Shown: positions 13,601 through 24,927 of the stretch, piece after piece
Layout: each line of letters starts with the position of its first letter
Position numbering within the stretch: the stretch's first letter is position 1
Source of the DNA: Ramazzottius varieornatus
Taxonomy: Eukaryota > Animalia > Tardigrada
Direction: 5' to 3'
Assembly: GCA_001949185.1 (NCBI GenBank)
Contig: BDGG01000012.1
Span: 1,294,973 to 1,358,972, forward strand
Length of the DNA stretch: 64,000 bases
The notes under the pieces: model-generated
What the model was told of the DNA's origin: nothing
The model's database searches: none
Seen by the model: the letters and a program-made list of their open reading frames with translations, nothing else
Program-made: the position numbers and the translations under genes

Positions 13601-16600
13601 ATAGTCAATAGACTGCCAGATTGTTACAAGTGCTGCCCATCGTTTGCCAGATTGGAAGTGCAATGAAGAGTATCGGTGAGGGTATGGCCATTGGTCGCAG
13701 TTTCGAGGAAGCATTCCAGAAAGCTCTTCGCACCACGGACGAAACGTATACAGGCTTCGACCCATACATTTGTCCACTGTCCGAGGAGATTTTAGTAAAC
13801 CCGACAGACAAGCGTGTCCTGGTGCTGGCCACCGCCCTGGCTGAAGGTTATTCAGTCGACCGACTTCACGATCTGACTAAGATCGACCGGTGGTTCCTGG
13901 CCAAGATGAAGAACATTATTGACTTCCGGCAGACAATCATCCGGTCTTGTGGGGAAGAGTCTCCCCAGGTGGACGGAAATCTCTTGCTCAAAGCTAAAAA
14001 ATTGGGGTTCTGTGACAAACAGATTGCGGCGTACTCGAGAACTACCGAGCCGAAGGTCCGCGAGTTGAGAGAACTTCACGGCATTCACCCATGGGTCAAA
14101 CAGATTGACACAGTGGCAGGTTCGTACGGCGCACACTAACCCAACACGCTGGTCACTAGCTTATATGGGCAGAATTTACAGAAAACTGTTCAAAAGTAGT
14201 GTTCAAGAAAAGTGTTCAAATTATATGGAGAGAATTTACAGAAAAGTAAAATGACTTTGACTATAATTCTTTTGTAAGGTGAGTGGCCTGCTCGGGCAAA
14301 CTACCTGTACACAACCTACCACGGAGCACAGCACGATGTAGCCTTTCCGGGTCCGGCCAACGCGGTCGCCGTACTTGGTTCAGGAGTCTATCGTATCGGC
14401 AGCAGGTGACACCCGTCCAACAGTTTCTCTATTATCTGTCTTACGAATAGGGGAGTACGCTCGTAAGGTAACTTGATGCTTTCTGTTTGCAGTGTGGAGT
14501 TCGACTGCTGTGCAGTCGGATGTCTGGCCGAGCTTCGGTAGGCGCATATTTAGTGTCAAATTGTTGTTCCAGCGGAATAGTTAGCGGTGTTTTTGCAGCC
14601 GTCTGAAGCGTCCGACCATTATGATCAACTGCAACCCGGAAACTGTGAGTACGGACTACGACGAGTCGGACCGGCTGTACTTCGAGGAACTGTCCTTCGA
14701 ATGCGTCATGGACATTTACCAGCTTGAAGAACCAGCGGGAATCATTCTGGCCATGGGCGGTCAGCTTCCGAACAACATGGCGATGGCTCTCCACCGGTAC
14801 GGTGTCAAGGTTCTGGGCTCCAGCCCTGAATCCATCGACTCGGCGGAAAACAGGTTCAAGTTCTCGCGCTTGCTGGATGGCCTGAAGATCGGACAGCCGG
14901 AATGGCAGGAGCTGACGGACTTGCTGTCCGCAAAGAAGTTTTGCGAACGCGTTGGTTACCCTTGCCTGATTAGGTACGTTCTTCTATAACACGTTTTCAC
15001 CTGGAAGTTCAGGACGATTAGGAAATTCGATTTGTGTTCGATTTGGCTTTCAGGCCGTCTTATGTGTTGAGTGGTGCCGCTATGTTGGTGGCGTATTCGG
15101 CAGGCGATCTCGAGGCGTATCTCGGTAGAGATGCCACAGTCAGCAAAGAGTACCCAGTGGTCATTTCGAAGTTCATTGAGAACGCCAAGGAGATCGATGT
15201 GGATGCAGTAGCTCGCGAAGGCGATGTGCTCTGTTGCGCGGTCTCCGTGCATGTCGAGGACGCTGGGGTTCACTCCGGGGACGCAACATTGGTTACTCCT
15301 CCACAGAATCTCGATGATGCCACTGTGCAAAAGATACATTTGGTGGCTCGCTCCATTGCAGAAGGCTTGGATGTTAATGGGCCTTTCAACTTGCAATTAC
15401 TAGTGAAGGTAGCGACGTTATTTTATCTTCCGTTCTTTCATGATTTTGACTACACGCAGAGAAAACGACGTATTTTGTTTCAGGATGGGGAAGTAAGGGT
15501 GATCGAGTTGAACCTCAGAGTTTCTCGCTCATTCCCTTTCGTCTCCAAAACACACGGGTTCGACTTCGTGGTGGCCGCTACCAGAGTTGCGCTGGGTGAA
15601 TCGGTCCAAATAGACAACTTTAATATCCAAAACACCACTCGAATCGGGGTCAAAGCTTCCATGTTTTCCTTCTCTCGCCTGACTAACGCGGATGTTAGTC
15701 TGGGCGTGGAGATGCGCAGTACCGGCGAGGTGGCTGGTTTCGGAGAGAATGTGCATGAAGCGTTGCTCAAAGCCTTGTTGGCAAGCGGGTTCCGGTACCC
15801 CAGAAAGGGCTCGACGGTCTTCGTCGGTATCAGCAGTGGCTATCACCGTAAAGAACTGACCGAGTCCATACAGTCTCTTATCGAGATGGGTTTCCGGGTA
15901 ATGGGCAACAAGACCACGGCAAAATATTACATTACCCGTGGGATTGAGGTGCTGGAGATCGAACAGACAGTGGATATCGGGAAGTCGTGCTCCGAACACC
16001 GGTTCGACCTGGTCATCAGTATCCCCATGCGGAAAGGAAGTGTTCCGCGGCTGTCTCTCGATAGGTAATCTTCGAAACGATGGGAGCTGGGCAAGCATCA
16101 CGTACAAGATTGATATTTCAAGTGGCGCAGCCGTTCACCCAAGTTCAATGGTAACATGCGCCACTTGGAATGACAATCTTGTACGTTTCGTTAGCCCAGC
16201 TCCCATACTGTACGGTATACGCGTAGAGTCACGATGTGTTGGCGGTAGCAGTAACCGAGGCTTTTCTTGTAGCCAACAGGGCCATCAACTATCGAGAGCC
16301 GCAGCGGACTTCGACATCCCGCTGATTACGGACTTCAACATGGCCAAGCTCTTCGTCGAGTCCATCAAAAAGCACCCCGGACATGGTCCAACATTACGGA
16401 TTGCCACTGACTGCGTCTTCAGCGGGTCTTCCGTTCGTTTACCGGGCCTTATCGACGTCGGCCTCATGCTAGAAGCCGAAAGCTTGATCACCACATCGTC
16501 GAACGCGGTGTCCAATGGCGTCACGATGACTTTTGTGGCGGCAGGCTTGCATACCTGCAGTACTTTCGCCTGGTGTGACTTTGCCTTGGTGGCGGAAGCT

Positions 16601-19375
16601 TCAACCGAGAAGACCGTTTTCGGCGAGAAGTTTATGGGGCAGGCGTTCGCTCTTGAGTTGCCGCTCAATGGCCAAGAGTATCGCGATATGTCAGTGTGGC
16701 GAACGCAGCTCAAAACCTGGCAAAAAGGCAGGCCCATCTGTGTGGAGTCCAGTCCGGCTGTTGTAACGAAGCTTCTGCTGATTTCGTCACTCTTTGACCA
16801 CCACGTCCATTTCCGGAATGTCTGCAATAAGGAAGTAATGTTCATGATCAAGGAAGCAAAGGCAGCGGGGCTGAAGATCAGCTGTGACGTTCTGGTGTAC
16901 TGTCTCTTCTTCACAGACACCGTGGTCCATGAGTGTTTTGCTCCGGATAGTCCTTCGAAGTACCATTACTCTGCGGAAGATCAAAAGTCTCTATGGGACA
17001 ATATAGTTGATGTTGACTGTTTTTCGCTGAGTATGAATGCGAAGGACCAGGGTTTGGGTGGGATGGGCATCTCGCTTTTGCTGAGTGCTGTTTCAGACAA
17101 ACGCCTGACTTGGGACGACATAACGTCACGACTGTACGATGGACCCAAAAAGATATTTGGTCTGACCGAACAGGAGAACACGTATGTCGAAGTCGATCTG
17201 AGCGAAGAATGGCTTGTCCCAGGTACTGCTGAGCATTCAATTGCAGCTAATTGATTCTCTGGGATTTATTATTACTAACTGGACGAACATATCGGAGCTG
17301 GAGTTCAGGACATACAAGATCGTTATCCTGGGTGGCGTATCCTTCTAGCCAATAAAAGTAAAACCGTGCGCCACTTGCAACTCCCGTCTTGCGCGTTTAT
17401 TTACCCAGCTCCCATATTACCAATTGAGTTTTTTCACGAAGAATTCGATGTTCGTCTTCGATATCATGAATACTAAATGATTTTTCTAGATCTGAGGGAG
17501 CAACATGGAAAGGAAGACATGCGCCTTCGAGGAAAGATTCAACGAGTGGTTCTTCGGGGCGTTGACGTCTTTATGGATGGTTACGTCATCGCGGACACGC
17601 CCACTGGTCAAGTCATCTACAGCGCCGTCGATAAAGCTCCGCCATTAATCTTCGTCAGTGGAGGGCCGGACGCTTCTCGTCCACGCCTCTTCTCCATGGT
17701 CCGAAGTAGGTCGACAATGGAAAAGGGTGCCCCAGGATACGAAGACGAAGCCCTCTCCGCCTTCCCGATGTTCGACAAGCATTTGGAAGCAACCAGGAAT
17801 CGACTGGACAGCCAGGGAAGACGAAGGGCTTCGGCAGTCGACCTCGGAAGGTCTCAAGCCTCTTCTGAGAGATCGAGCCTGCAGGTACCCGTCTCCACTG
17901 CTAGTCGCAGTGGTAGGGACTCAGTGTTGAACACAAAGCACAGCCCGATGAGCACGAGCATGAGACGCCCCTCGTTGTTCCTGAGTCCTTCTTTTGAAAA
18001 TCTTTCGAGTCGTCGCGTGTCGTTGGTTAGCGTACCGACTGACGCACCGAAGAAATTACCGTTTTTGCATGTTGTAAGCGCGGAGGACTTTTGTCAGGTG
18101 GACGTGAAAAATCTGATGGTACGCTATCGTTTTTGAGTGCTATTCTACGGGCTAACAGTTTGTGTATATGTCGCTGAGCGAGATTCTTTCTGCAGGAACT
18201 TGCGAAGCACTTCCAGTCGTCATCCAAAAAGAACCGTCCAGTTGGAGACCTTCTGTGTGGGAAAATCTTGGTCACTCTGGTTTATGGGAATGACACTTTG
18301 ACTGCAGCCGGTTTTGACGCAGCTATGAAAAGGCAAGTTTTGATTATGCGAGCACCGAGGTTATCGGTGTGCTACCAATCAATCAATCAATCAATCAGTC
18401 GATCAATCGATCAATTGGTGAACTTTTTTGTGCTGAATTAGGTTGGGTGGTTCCGTGATCGTCGTCAATACTTCTACATCGTCGGTCCAGAAAGGGGAGT
18501 CGCTTTCGGACACGGTGAAGATCCTGACCAGCTACGGTGACATGATAGTTGTCAAGCAGGGCGAGGTCGACGCTGTTAAGGTGGCGACTTGGTGTGGAAT
18601 GAAGCCGTTCATCTCGGCTGGAGACCCGGTGCGCATACATATTATCATCAATAAGACTTTCGAGAGCGTTGTTTGTGTTTGGTCTCTGCCGTTTGACACT
18701 CTGTGCGCAAAAAAATTCTGTCGTTTCTAGGCGGGTGAAGATGTGGTGCAGTCCTTGTCGGACGTGTTCACGATCTGGGACGAGTTCGGCACGCTGAAGG
18801 ACTTGACGGTGACTTTCACCGGAAACCTGAACAGAGGGTCCGCCATCCATTCTTTGATCAAGTTGCTGGCTCTCTCTCCCATCTCGGAAATCCGATATGT
18901 AGAAATCAGCGGCCTAGGCATTCCATGTGCCGTTCAGGAGTACGTGGAAGACCGGCAGATCAGACTAACCGCATACCCGAGTCTGTCAGCGGCACTTCCG
19001 GGTACCAACGTACTGTACGTGGGAGAACTGTATCCATCTGACTTCATCGAAGATTTTCACTACACGTCGGCGGTGTCGGCATCTACGCTCAGTGCTCCCT
19101 TGTTGAACAGCCAGAAGCCGGAAATGCGAACCGGCGTGACGATGTTACGGATCTTACATCTTCAGCCTCGTTCGGGTGCCACGCTGATGTTACCGGAGCT
19201 GGAGAAAGACCATCGTGTTATCTATTTCGGTCAGGCCGAAAATGGTTTCTACATGCGCCAGGCATTGCTCTTCACTCTCCTGAAAGGCGGATCCGAAGAC
19301 GCGAAACGCTCTTCGGTTTCGCTTGACATATTCCGGCGCCGTAAGAGTTGGGTACCCGTTGTGCCCGTCAAGTAG
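10645..19375 (+). CDS. CAD: CAD-like multidomain protein: intact glutaminase and carbamoyl-phosphate synthetase, degenerate dihydroorotase and aspartate transcarbamylase domains
   Basis: Many GT-AG exons plus one GC-AG intron. GATase motifs: [41 protein letters not shown] motifs: [55 protein letters not shown]. These are followed by MGS, DHO-like (RLPGLIDV) and ATC-like ([19 protein letters not shown]) segments. Confidence 0.93.
14161..14245. repeat. Intronic direct repeat with 60-bp spacing
   Basis: ttatatgggcagaatttacagaaaa at 14161 and ttatatggagagaatttacagaaaa at 14221, with tgttcaa repeated between them. Confidence 0.75.
16080..16206. mobile_element. Palindromic MITE-like element, copy 1 (CAD intron 16065-16272)
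   Basis: Inverted arms of ~50 nt: atgggagctgggc..acgtacaagattg..caagtggcgca and tgcgccacttgg..caatcttgtacgt..gcccagctcccat. Confidence 0.75.
17290..17416. mobile_element. Palindromic MITE-like element, copy 2 of the same family (CAD intron 17223-17489)
   Basis: ggagctgg..tacaagat..gtggcg on the left and tgcgccacttg..tcttg..cccagctcccata on the right. Same motifs and same length (~127 bp) as copy 1. Confidence 0.7.
18376..18414. repeat. (AATC)n microsatellite in a CAD intron
   Basis: caatcaatcaatcaatcaatc followed by degenerate gatcaatcgatcaa. Confidence 0.8.
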
Positions 19376-19744
19376 CGCGCGGTGTACGCCCTTCGGGAGA
19401 AACAACATGAAATATATCTTAGTACTGCGACTCAAATTATGTTTTCGAGTGTTTCGTGAATATCATAGTGCGATACGAAAGTGTGTTTTTGTTCGTCATT
19501 GCGTATATCGTTCCAGTGCAGTTTGTCATGTTCTCTAACAGTGTACTGCTACCACTACCAAAAGTTATCCACGAAACCTTACAAAAAATCACCAGCGAAG
19601 TCGGATAAAAGAAAGTACACAAGAACGTTTTGGTGCGGTAAAACCGAAGGTCAAGAAAAGTTTGTACAAGATCAAAGAGGAAACGAAAAGAAGTTTTCAT
19701 AGTACACAAGAAAAAGACTTGTAGAGGTACTAGAGCTCGTTCAC

Positions 19745-21259
19745 TCAGTCATGTTCTTCTTCCTCATCGCTATGGTTGTTGAGCGCGCCTTCTTCAACCA
19801 CCACTTGTTCGGGTTGTTCAATCTGGACGAAGTCTGGTTCGGGTTCGTGCTCGACATCGACAGGGTCGTTGATGGGGATATTGACAATTACATCATCGAG
19901 AGGTAAGTCCATGGCAGCAGCTGCCAGGCTTCCAGCTGAACGAGAGCGCGACCTTATGCACTGAAAGTCCACATGACGGCTGCGAGCATCCTCCTTCTCC
20001 CACGAAAGACGGATGAATGGTCGTTGCACGTAGAAATACGACGCCTCTAGCTTGCCGTCCTGCCGTGTACGAATGCGATCGATGTGGGTGGGAAAGCCTT
20101 CAATACCCAGACACACCTAAAAATTAGGCAAACAACTTTCAATAAAAAATGCAAAATTTGCAAATCATAACGTCATGAATCTGAAATTGTGAATATCGAT
20201 CATCAAACTGTAATCGATAAGCGACTGAATAGAAATGAAGGGAGGTCTAGTGGAAATTCAAGTTTTTGATGAAGAATAGAATTTGAGTGCGATCTTTTCG
20301 ATTTCTATGTCAAGTGGAAATTTTGTTTAGTTCTCTAGCAGAAAGAGTTTCGCTGGTAAGCTTACTTTTTTGAATCCTCGTTCAACCAGGACGGATTTGG
20401 CCACATCTCTGTTTTCCAGGTATTTGAAGAATCCATGCATGGCCGTGCTCTGTATGACTTGCGACTGTGCTTCTCCCGAAGGCGGAGGCAACTTGGGATT
20501 CCACTCAATTTGTTCATTGTCAAGTAGAATGACTACATTGCACTCTCGTTCACCTTTAAGGGCTCTTTGGACAATGCTGGGCATAACTTTGCTCTCGAGA
20601 AAGTCTTCAAAATGCTTGCGCGCCCCGTCATTAGCAATTTCATGCAGGAGAGCCCTCAAGTCGTAGCTCTTGACTGTGTCTGTAGAAAGTCACCACGTTA
20701 ACCCCTTTCTCTCGAAGAGCTCCATCTATACTCTTATTTCGAACTTACTAGCATTGAAAGGTATCATCAAGTAGTCGCACAAGTCGCGGAGATCGGAAAG
20801 TGGCACGTCAGGCGGACATGTAATGTAACCTTGTTTATAGTAATCCTGAAATGCAGGAAAGAAGATTACGCAAATATTGACACACCACATAAAGTGAAAT
20901 TCGCTGAAATGGATCCCATGACTCGATCATGAACTTACCAAAGCAACCCGGAAAAAGTCTGGAGAAAACTCAGTGTTGATGATGTAATCACCACGGTCAT
21001 TGTGTCTGACGATATCTGTAATTGGAGAGGAAGATACCATCTTCCCCATCAAGGTCTCGGGATGCGCTTCGACGGACTCGCGGTTCAGAAGAAAATGGGT
21101 TCCGTTGACGATGAACGTAACATTGGTAGATCCAGCTGCGCTGGCTCCACTGTTCTTCGGTACATGACTGCGACTATCAGATCGCGAAGAGCTGCCCATG
21201 GCGCTGGGAGATGTCACTGCTTGGCTCCGCGACAAACTACGCTGAGGTCTCGGATTCAT
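19745..21259 (-). CDS. BTBD10: BTB/POZ domain protein, BTBD10/KCTD20 family
   Basis: BTB: VTFIVNGTHF..HPETLMGKM..DYYKQG..CDYLMIPF. Family C-terminal domain: LLHEIANDGA, GERECNVVIL, FFKYLENRDVAK, LGIEGFPT, YVQRPFIRLSWEKE..SRHVDFQC. Confidence 0.9.
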
Positions 21260-21820
21260 TCTCGAACCTGGAAGCACTGGCCAACGGCGTCAAAGTGTCC
21301 CCAACGTTCCCAAGCAATGATCTGTAACAAGCACCCTGACGAACGAAGGTAACAGGCAAAGCAGGCGACGAGTATGCACGACAACTTGGACTAGGAAGAG
21401 AGCAATGTTTTATTGCAAATGTTTTTTCTGCTAATGCAGCAGCTTTCGATGTGCAGATTGCGATTACTCTTCCGGCGTGCTGGTCTAACTACAGACCACG
21501 GCCATAGGCAAAAAGATCGGATGATCCTTTGATTCGTGCTCCACAGTGACGTCACGTTCGGTACGTACCCGATTCTTGACAGCTGTTCAACAGTGGGTTT
21601 ACCACTAGGCTATAAACGGGGCTGCATGTTTGCGCAGTGCTCATCTAACGCGTGGTTCCTTGAAAAGGTTGTCATAGCATTCGAGATCTTTCTTCGTCTC
21701 AGAGATTTACATATAACCGTGCTTGAAGGTTTCCGTCTTGATCTAGTTTCCTCCTGACATCTTCCTATTTTCTGCTTGAAGGAAGTGTTGTAGTATTTGT
21801 GCCCGAATCAAACTTCCAAG

Positions 21821-22692
21821 ATGCCCCGACGTGGAGGTGGAGGATCCGGACGCTCGTCGTCTCCCATGTCGTAAGTTTCCCATGATGTTTCATCATCCTA
21901 GCTGTCTGAACTTTGGATCTTGCTATTTTCGTGGATATGCAGAATGACAGAACGCAAGACGGATGCTACTTGTGGAGTTGGTCTTGACGAGATTCGCAGT
22001 AGTCCTTTTCGTTGGATATACGGCCGACTGTCTCAGTCGTTTGATTGTATTACTTGATTTGGCACTGTTAGAAGGAAGAATGGAAGTGGAATGGATCAGA
22101 ATTCTTGTCTGATAAGCTAACGAATGTCTTCTCGTAGGTCTGCTCCTCGACGAAGCATGACAACAGCGGCGCCAGCCCGAGCCGCGCCACCGCCAATGGC
22201 ACCAGTACCTCACCGTCCAGCACCAGCTGCCCCTATGGCCGCTCCTGCACAACAAGGTCCTGGTATGATGGGCCAGATTGCTTCGACGGCTATTGGAGTT
22301 GGCATTGGCTCCGCTGTGGTGAGTTCAGGCTCCAGATTGCGATTATCATAATGTTGCTGAATGCGGGGACGAGAAGGTCTAGGTGTTTACTCTGGTATCT
22401 TTCGTAGGGACATACGATCGGCCACATGATGACCGGTGGGTCCAGGGGACATGAGCAAGAAGCTCCCGCGACCCAGCAGGCCCAGGATACTCAGATGGCT
22501 GGTCAAAACTACGGTGGACAACAAGGATACTACCAAAGTGGTGCTCAGCAGCAACAGGGTGGTAGTCCGTGCGAGCTTGAGATGAAGCAGTTCATCGAAT
22601 GCGCACAGAACAACAGCAGCGACATTTCCCTGTGTACTGGATTCAACGAGCTCTTGAAGTCTTGCAAGAAACAGTACGGAATGCAGCAATAG
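21821..22692 (+). CDS. CHCHD2: Mitochondrial twin-CX9C protein, CHCHD2/CHCHD10 family, 3 exons
   Basis: [13 protein letters not shown]-terminus, [25 protein letters not shown] helix, and [22 protein letters not shown]. Confidence 0.93.
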
Positions 22693-23053
22693 AGAATCAC
22701 TTCTCGGACTGTGGTGGCCATGTTTGGCGTAGAACTGTATGAACAATCCAGTTTGCTCTTACTAAGTTAGTTTGCTGTGAGTTTGTTTGGTCTTTGTTTT
22801 TCACCTCGGAAAGTACGAACTTCTTGGTTCAAGATCGACTTCATGGTTGTTAGCGGCCTAGTGATTTTCAAGGGTGATTCAGTGAGAAGAAGTTGAGCTC
22901 CTTTGACGTTAAAGCAGTTTTCAGACTTAAAAGCAAAGCTTCTCATTCGAAAGTACGTATCACAGTTCGAAGTCATTGTCTTCCAGCTTTATGGACCATG
23001 AAAGCAGTCAGTTTCATCCTCCTCGTTCTAAGCTCGTCCACGTGGGAATCGAA

Positions 23054-24339
23054 TTAGTCCTTGGCATCCGAAAGGGCCAACCATTCCACCACGCCTTGCT
23101 CCATCAGCAAGTAACTGTCCTGTGCTTCCAGGTTCTCGATCTGTAAAGACGACCCATGTCATCAGCATTCCGTCTCAGGGTAGTACCTCATTGCGAACTT
23201 CAGTATCTTTAGCAAACTCACCTGCTTTCTAACGTAATATACCAGCAGCTCCAGCCTTTGAGGGTCGTCGCAGTCCATTGCAAAAAAGTGCCTCCAAAGA
23301 GCGGCGCCAAGGTATCGGTCTTCCCTTAGAAAACCCTGAAAGCAGATGACAATTGAAGGCACCTACGCGATGGACCATTCTGGCAGTAGGATCGAACTTT
23401 GAAGAACCGAAATAGACAGTAGGCTGGTAACGAACTTACTTCATCATAGCCAAACAAGGTTGCTCGGAACTGGTCCGATAGCTCTCCTACAGCCTTCTTC
23501 CGGCCAACTAGGACTTCCGGCTGCAAAGCACGAACAGAAACAAAGTGAAATCAAAACGACCTAGCGAGAGAGATTTACTACATTTACTCACGCCTAACCG
23601 CTGGCTTCGCCTATCCACGTCCGCCCAGAAAGCCTTGACGATCTCGTTACGGATGAACTTTCCTTTGTGGTATTCATTCCCCATCCGCACACAACACATC
23701 CTAAAGCATGACATTGTAGCCCGATTGGCTTTCCTTGACGGAAGATTGTTTGAGCAAATAAGCATGATGGACGTACCAAACATGTAGCTCCGTGATTTTG
23801 TGCCACGAATTGAAGGTATCCGGCATTCCGAGGACGTTGAAGAAGTGAAGATGGTTGATGGGATCCGTGCAGCAGCTGTACATCACCAAGGCCGATTTCC
23901 TCAGAAACTTCTTTTTCGTTGTAGCACTTTGCCATAGATTCAACATCTTGGTTTTCACGTAAGTGATTCCTAGTCCCCATCCTCGTTTCGTGAGTGGGAT
24001 ATATAATTGCTGCAACAAAACACAAACACAACATTGTGCACCACCGAACATAATTATGGGGGCTTCAGCGCGATAACCACGACCAAACTTTGTCGCAGTA
24101 AAATTGAGTTGCGGAACAAATATCGGAGAACTCACTCTCTGCGATGACGTCGAAAACCTGTTAAAGCCCGAAGGTCCAAAAAACGTTCCATCACCACAGC
24201 GCGACTCCGAAACCTGCAGTATCCGGTTAGACTGATCAACAGGTGAGGATAACGCTGAAGTCTGGTGTGATGCAGCAGGCAAACGGAACGGCGAAGAGCT
24301 GTAGGACAACGCCTGTAATATGGATATGCATGGGTTCAT
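23054..24339 (-). CDS. UQCC1: Ubiquinol-cytochrome c reductase complex assembly factor 1 (Cbp3 family)
   Basis: MPDTFNSWHKITELHVW, RNEIVKAFWADV, FRATLFGYDEG..DRYLGAALWRHFF, LELLVYYVRKQ. Presequence-like N-terminus. Confidence 0.9.
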
Positions 24340-24758
24340 ATCATAATTAATCTGGGTCTAGATCTAACGCTACGATGTTTGCGCCTACCTCTCTGGGCAC
24401 CAGATCCTTCCAGAGCCATGCACGGGATACCAACAGCTTGCGAACGAGCTGTTGCGAGACGGCAGACATCATTGTGATCCGCAATCCTATGGCAATTCCT
24501 CCAGTTAAGGGGTAGTAATGACGATCTTGCGGATTTCACACCACACCTCGCCAGCGCTGCTTGTCCCAGTTACACAGTTCACACTTTGAGAACGGCCAGC
24601 ATCAGATGCACGCAGTCCACGATCATGAATCCAGGATTGCTGGACTCACTTGGTAAAGAGAACAATTGCACAAATGACCGGAAGACGAATAAAGTAATTT
24701 TTCGAATTCTTTGAAGAGAAAACTGCTTTTCAAACGCAAAATTACGATCTTTTGTACG

Positions 24759-24927
24759 TACAGGGTACGACAAAATTAACCATTAGAAATGGGCGTGAGT
24801 GTCCAGCTGAGCTTATCTGCGACTTAGCCAATGAGAATTAGGTCTTGCTGCATGCGCAAATATTATTGGCTCCAACCATTTGTTTCCGCACACCCATTTA
24901 TAACGGTTTATTTTGTCGTACGCTGTA
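24759..24927. mobile_element. Tc1/mariner-type MITE (~165 bp) in the UQCC1/LDAH divergent promoter region
   Basis: 41-nt inverted ends with 6 mismatches: tacagggtacgacaaaattaaccattagaaatgggcgtgag versus the reverse complement of the right end, tacagcgtacgacaaaataaaccgttataaatgggtgtgcg. TA|CAG...CTG|TA termini. Confidence 0.75.

Noticed and set aside
418-19375. Idea of a PRODH plus CPS metabolic cluster (proline to ornithine to citrulline)
   Set aside because: The genes are separated by unrelated TFIIA and Rab14, and linkage in a compact genome is weak evidence.
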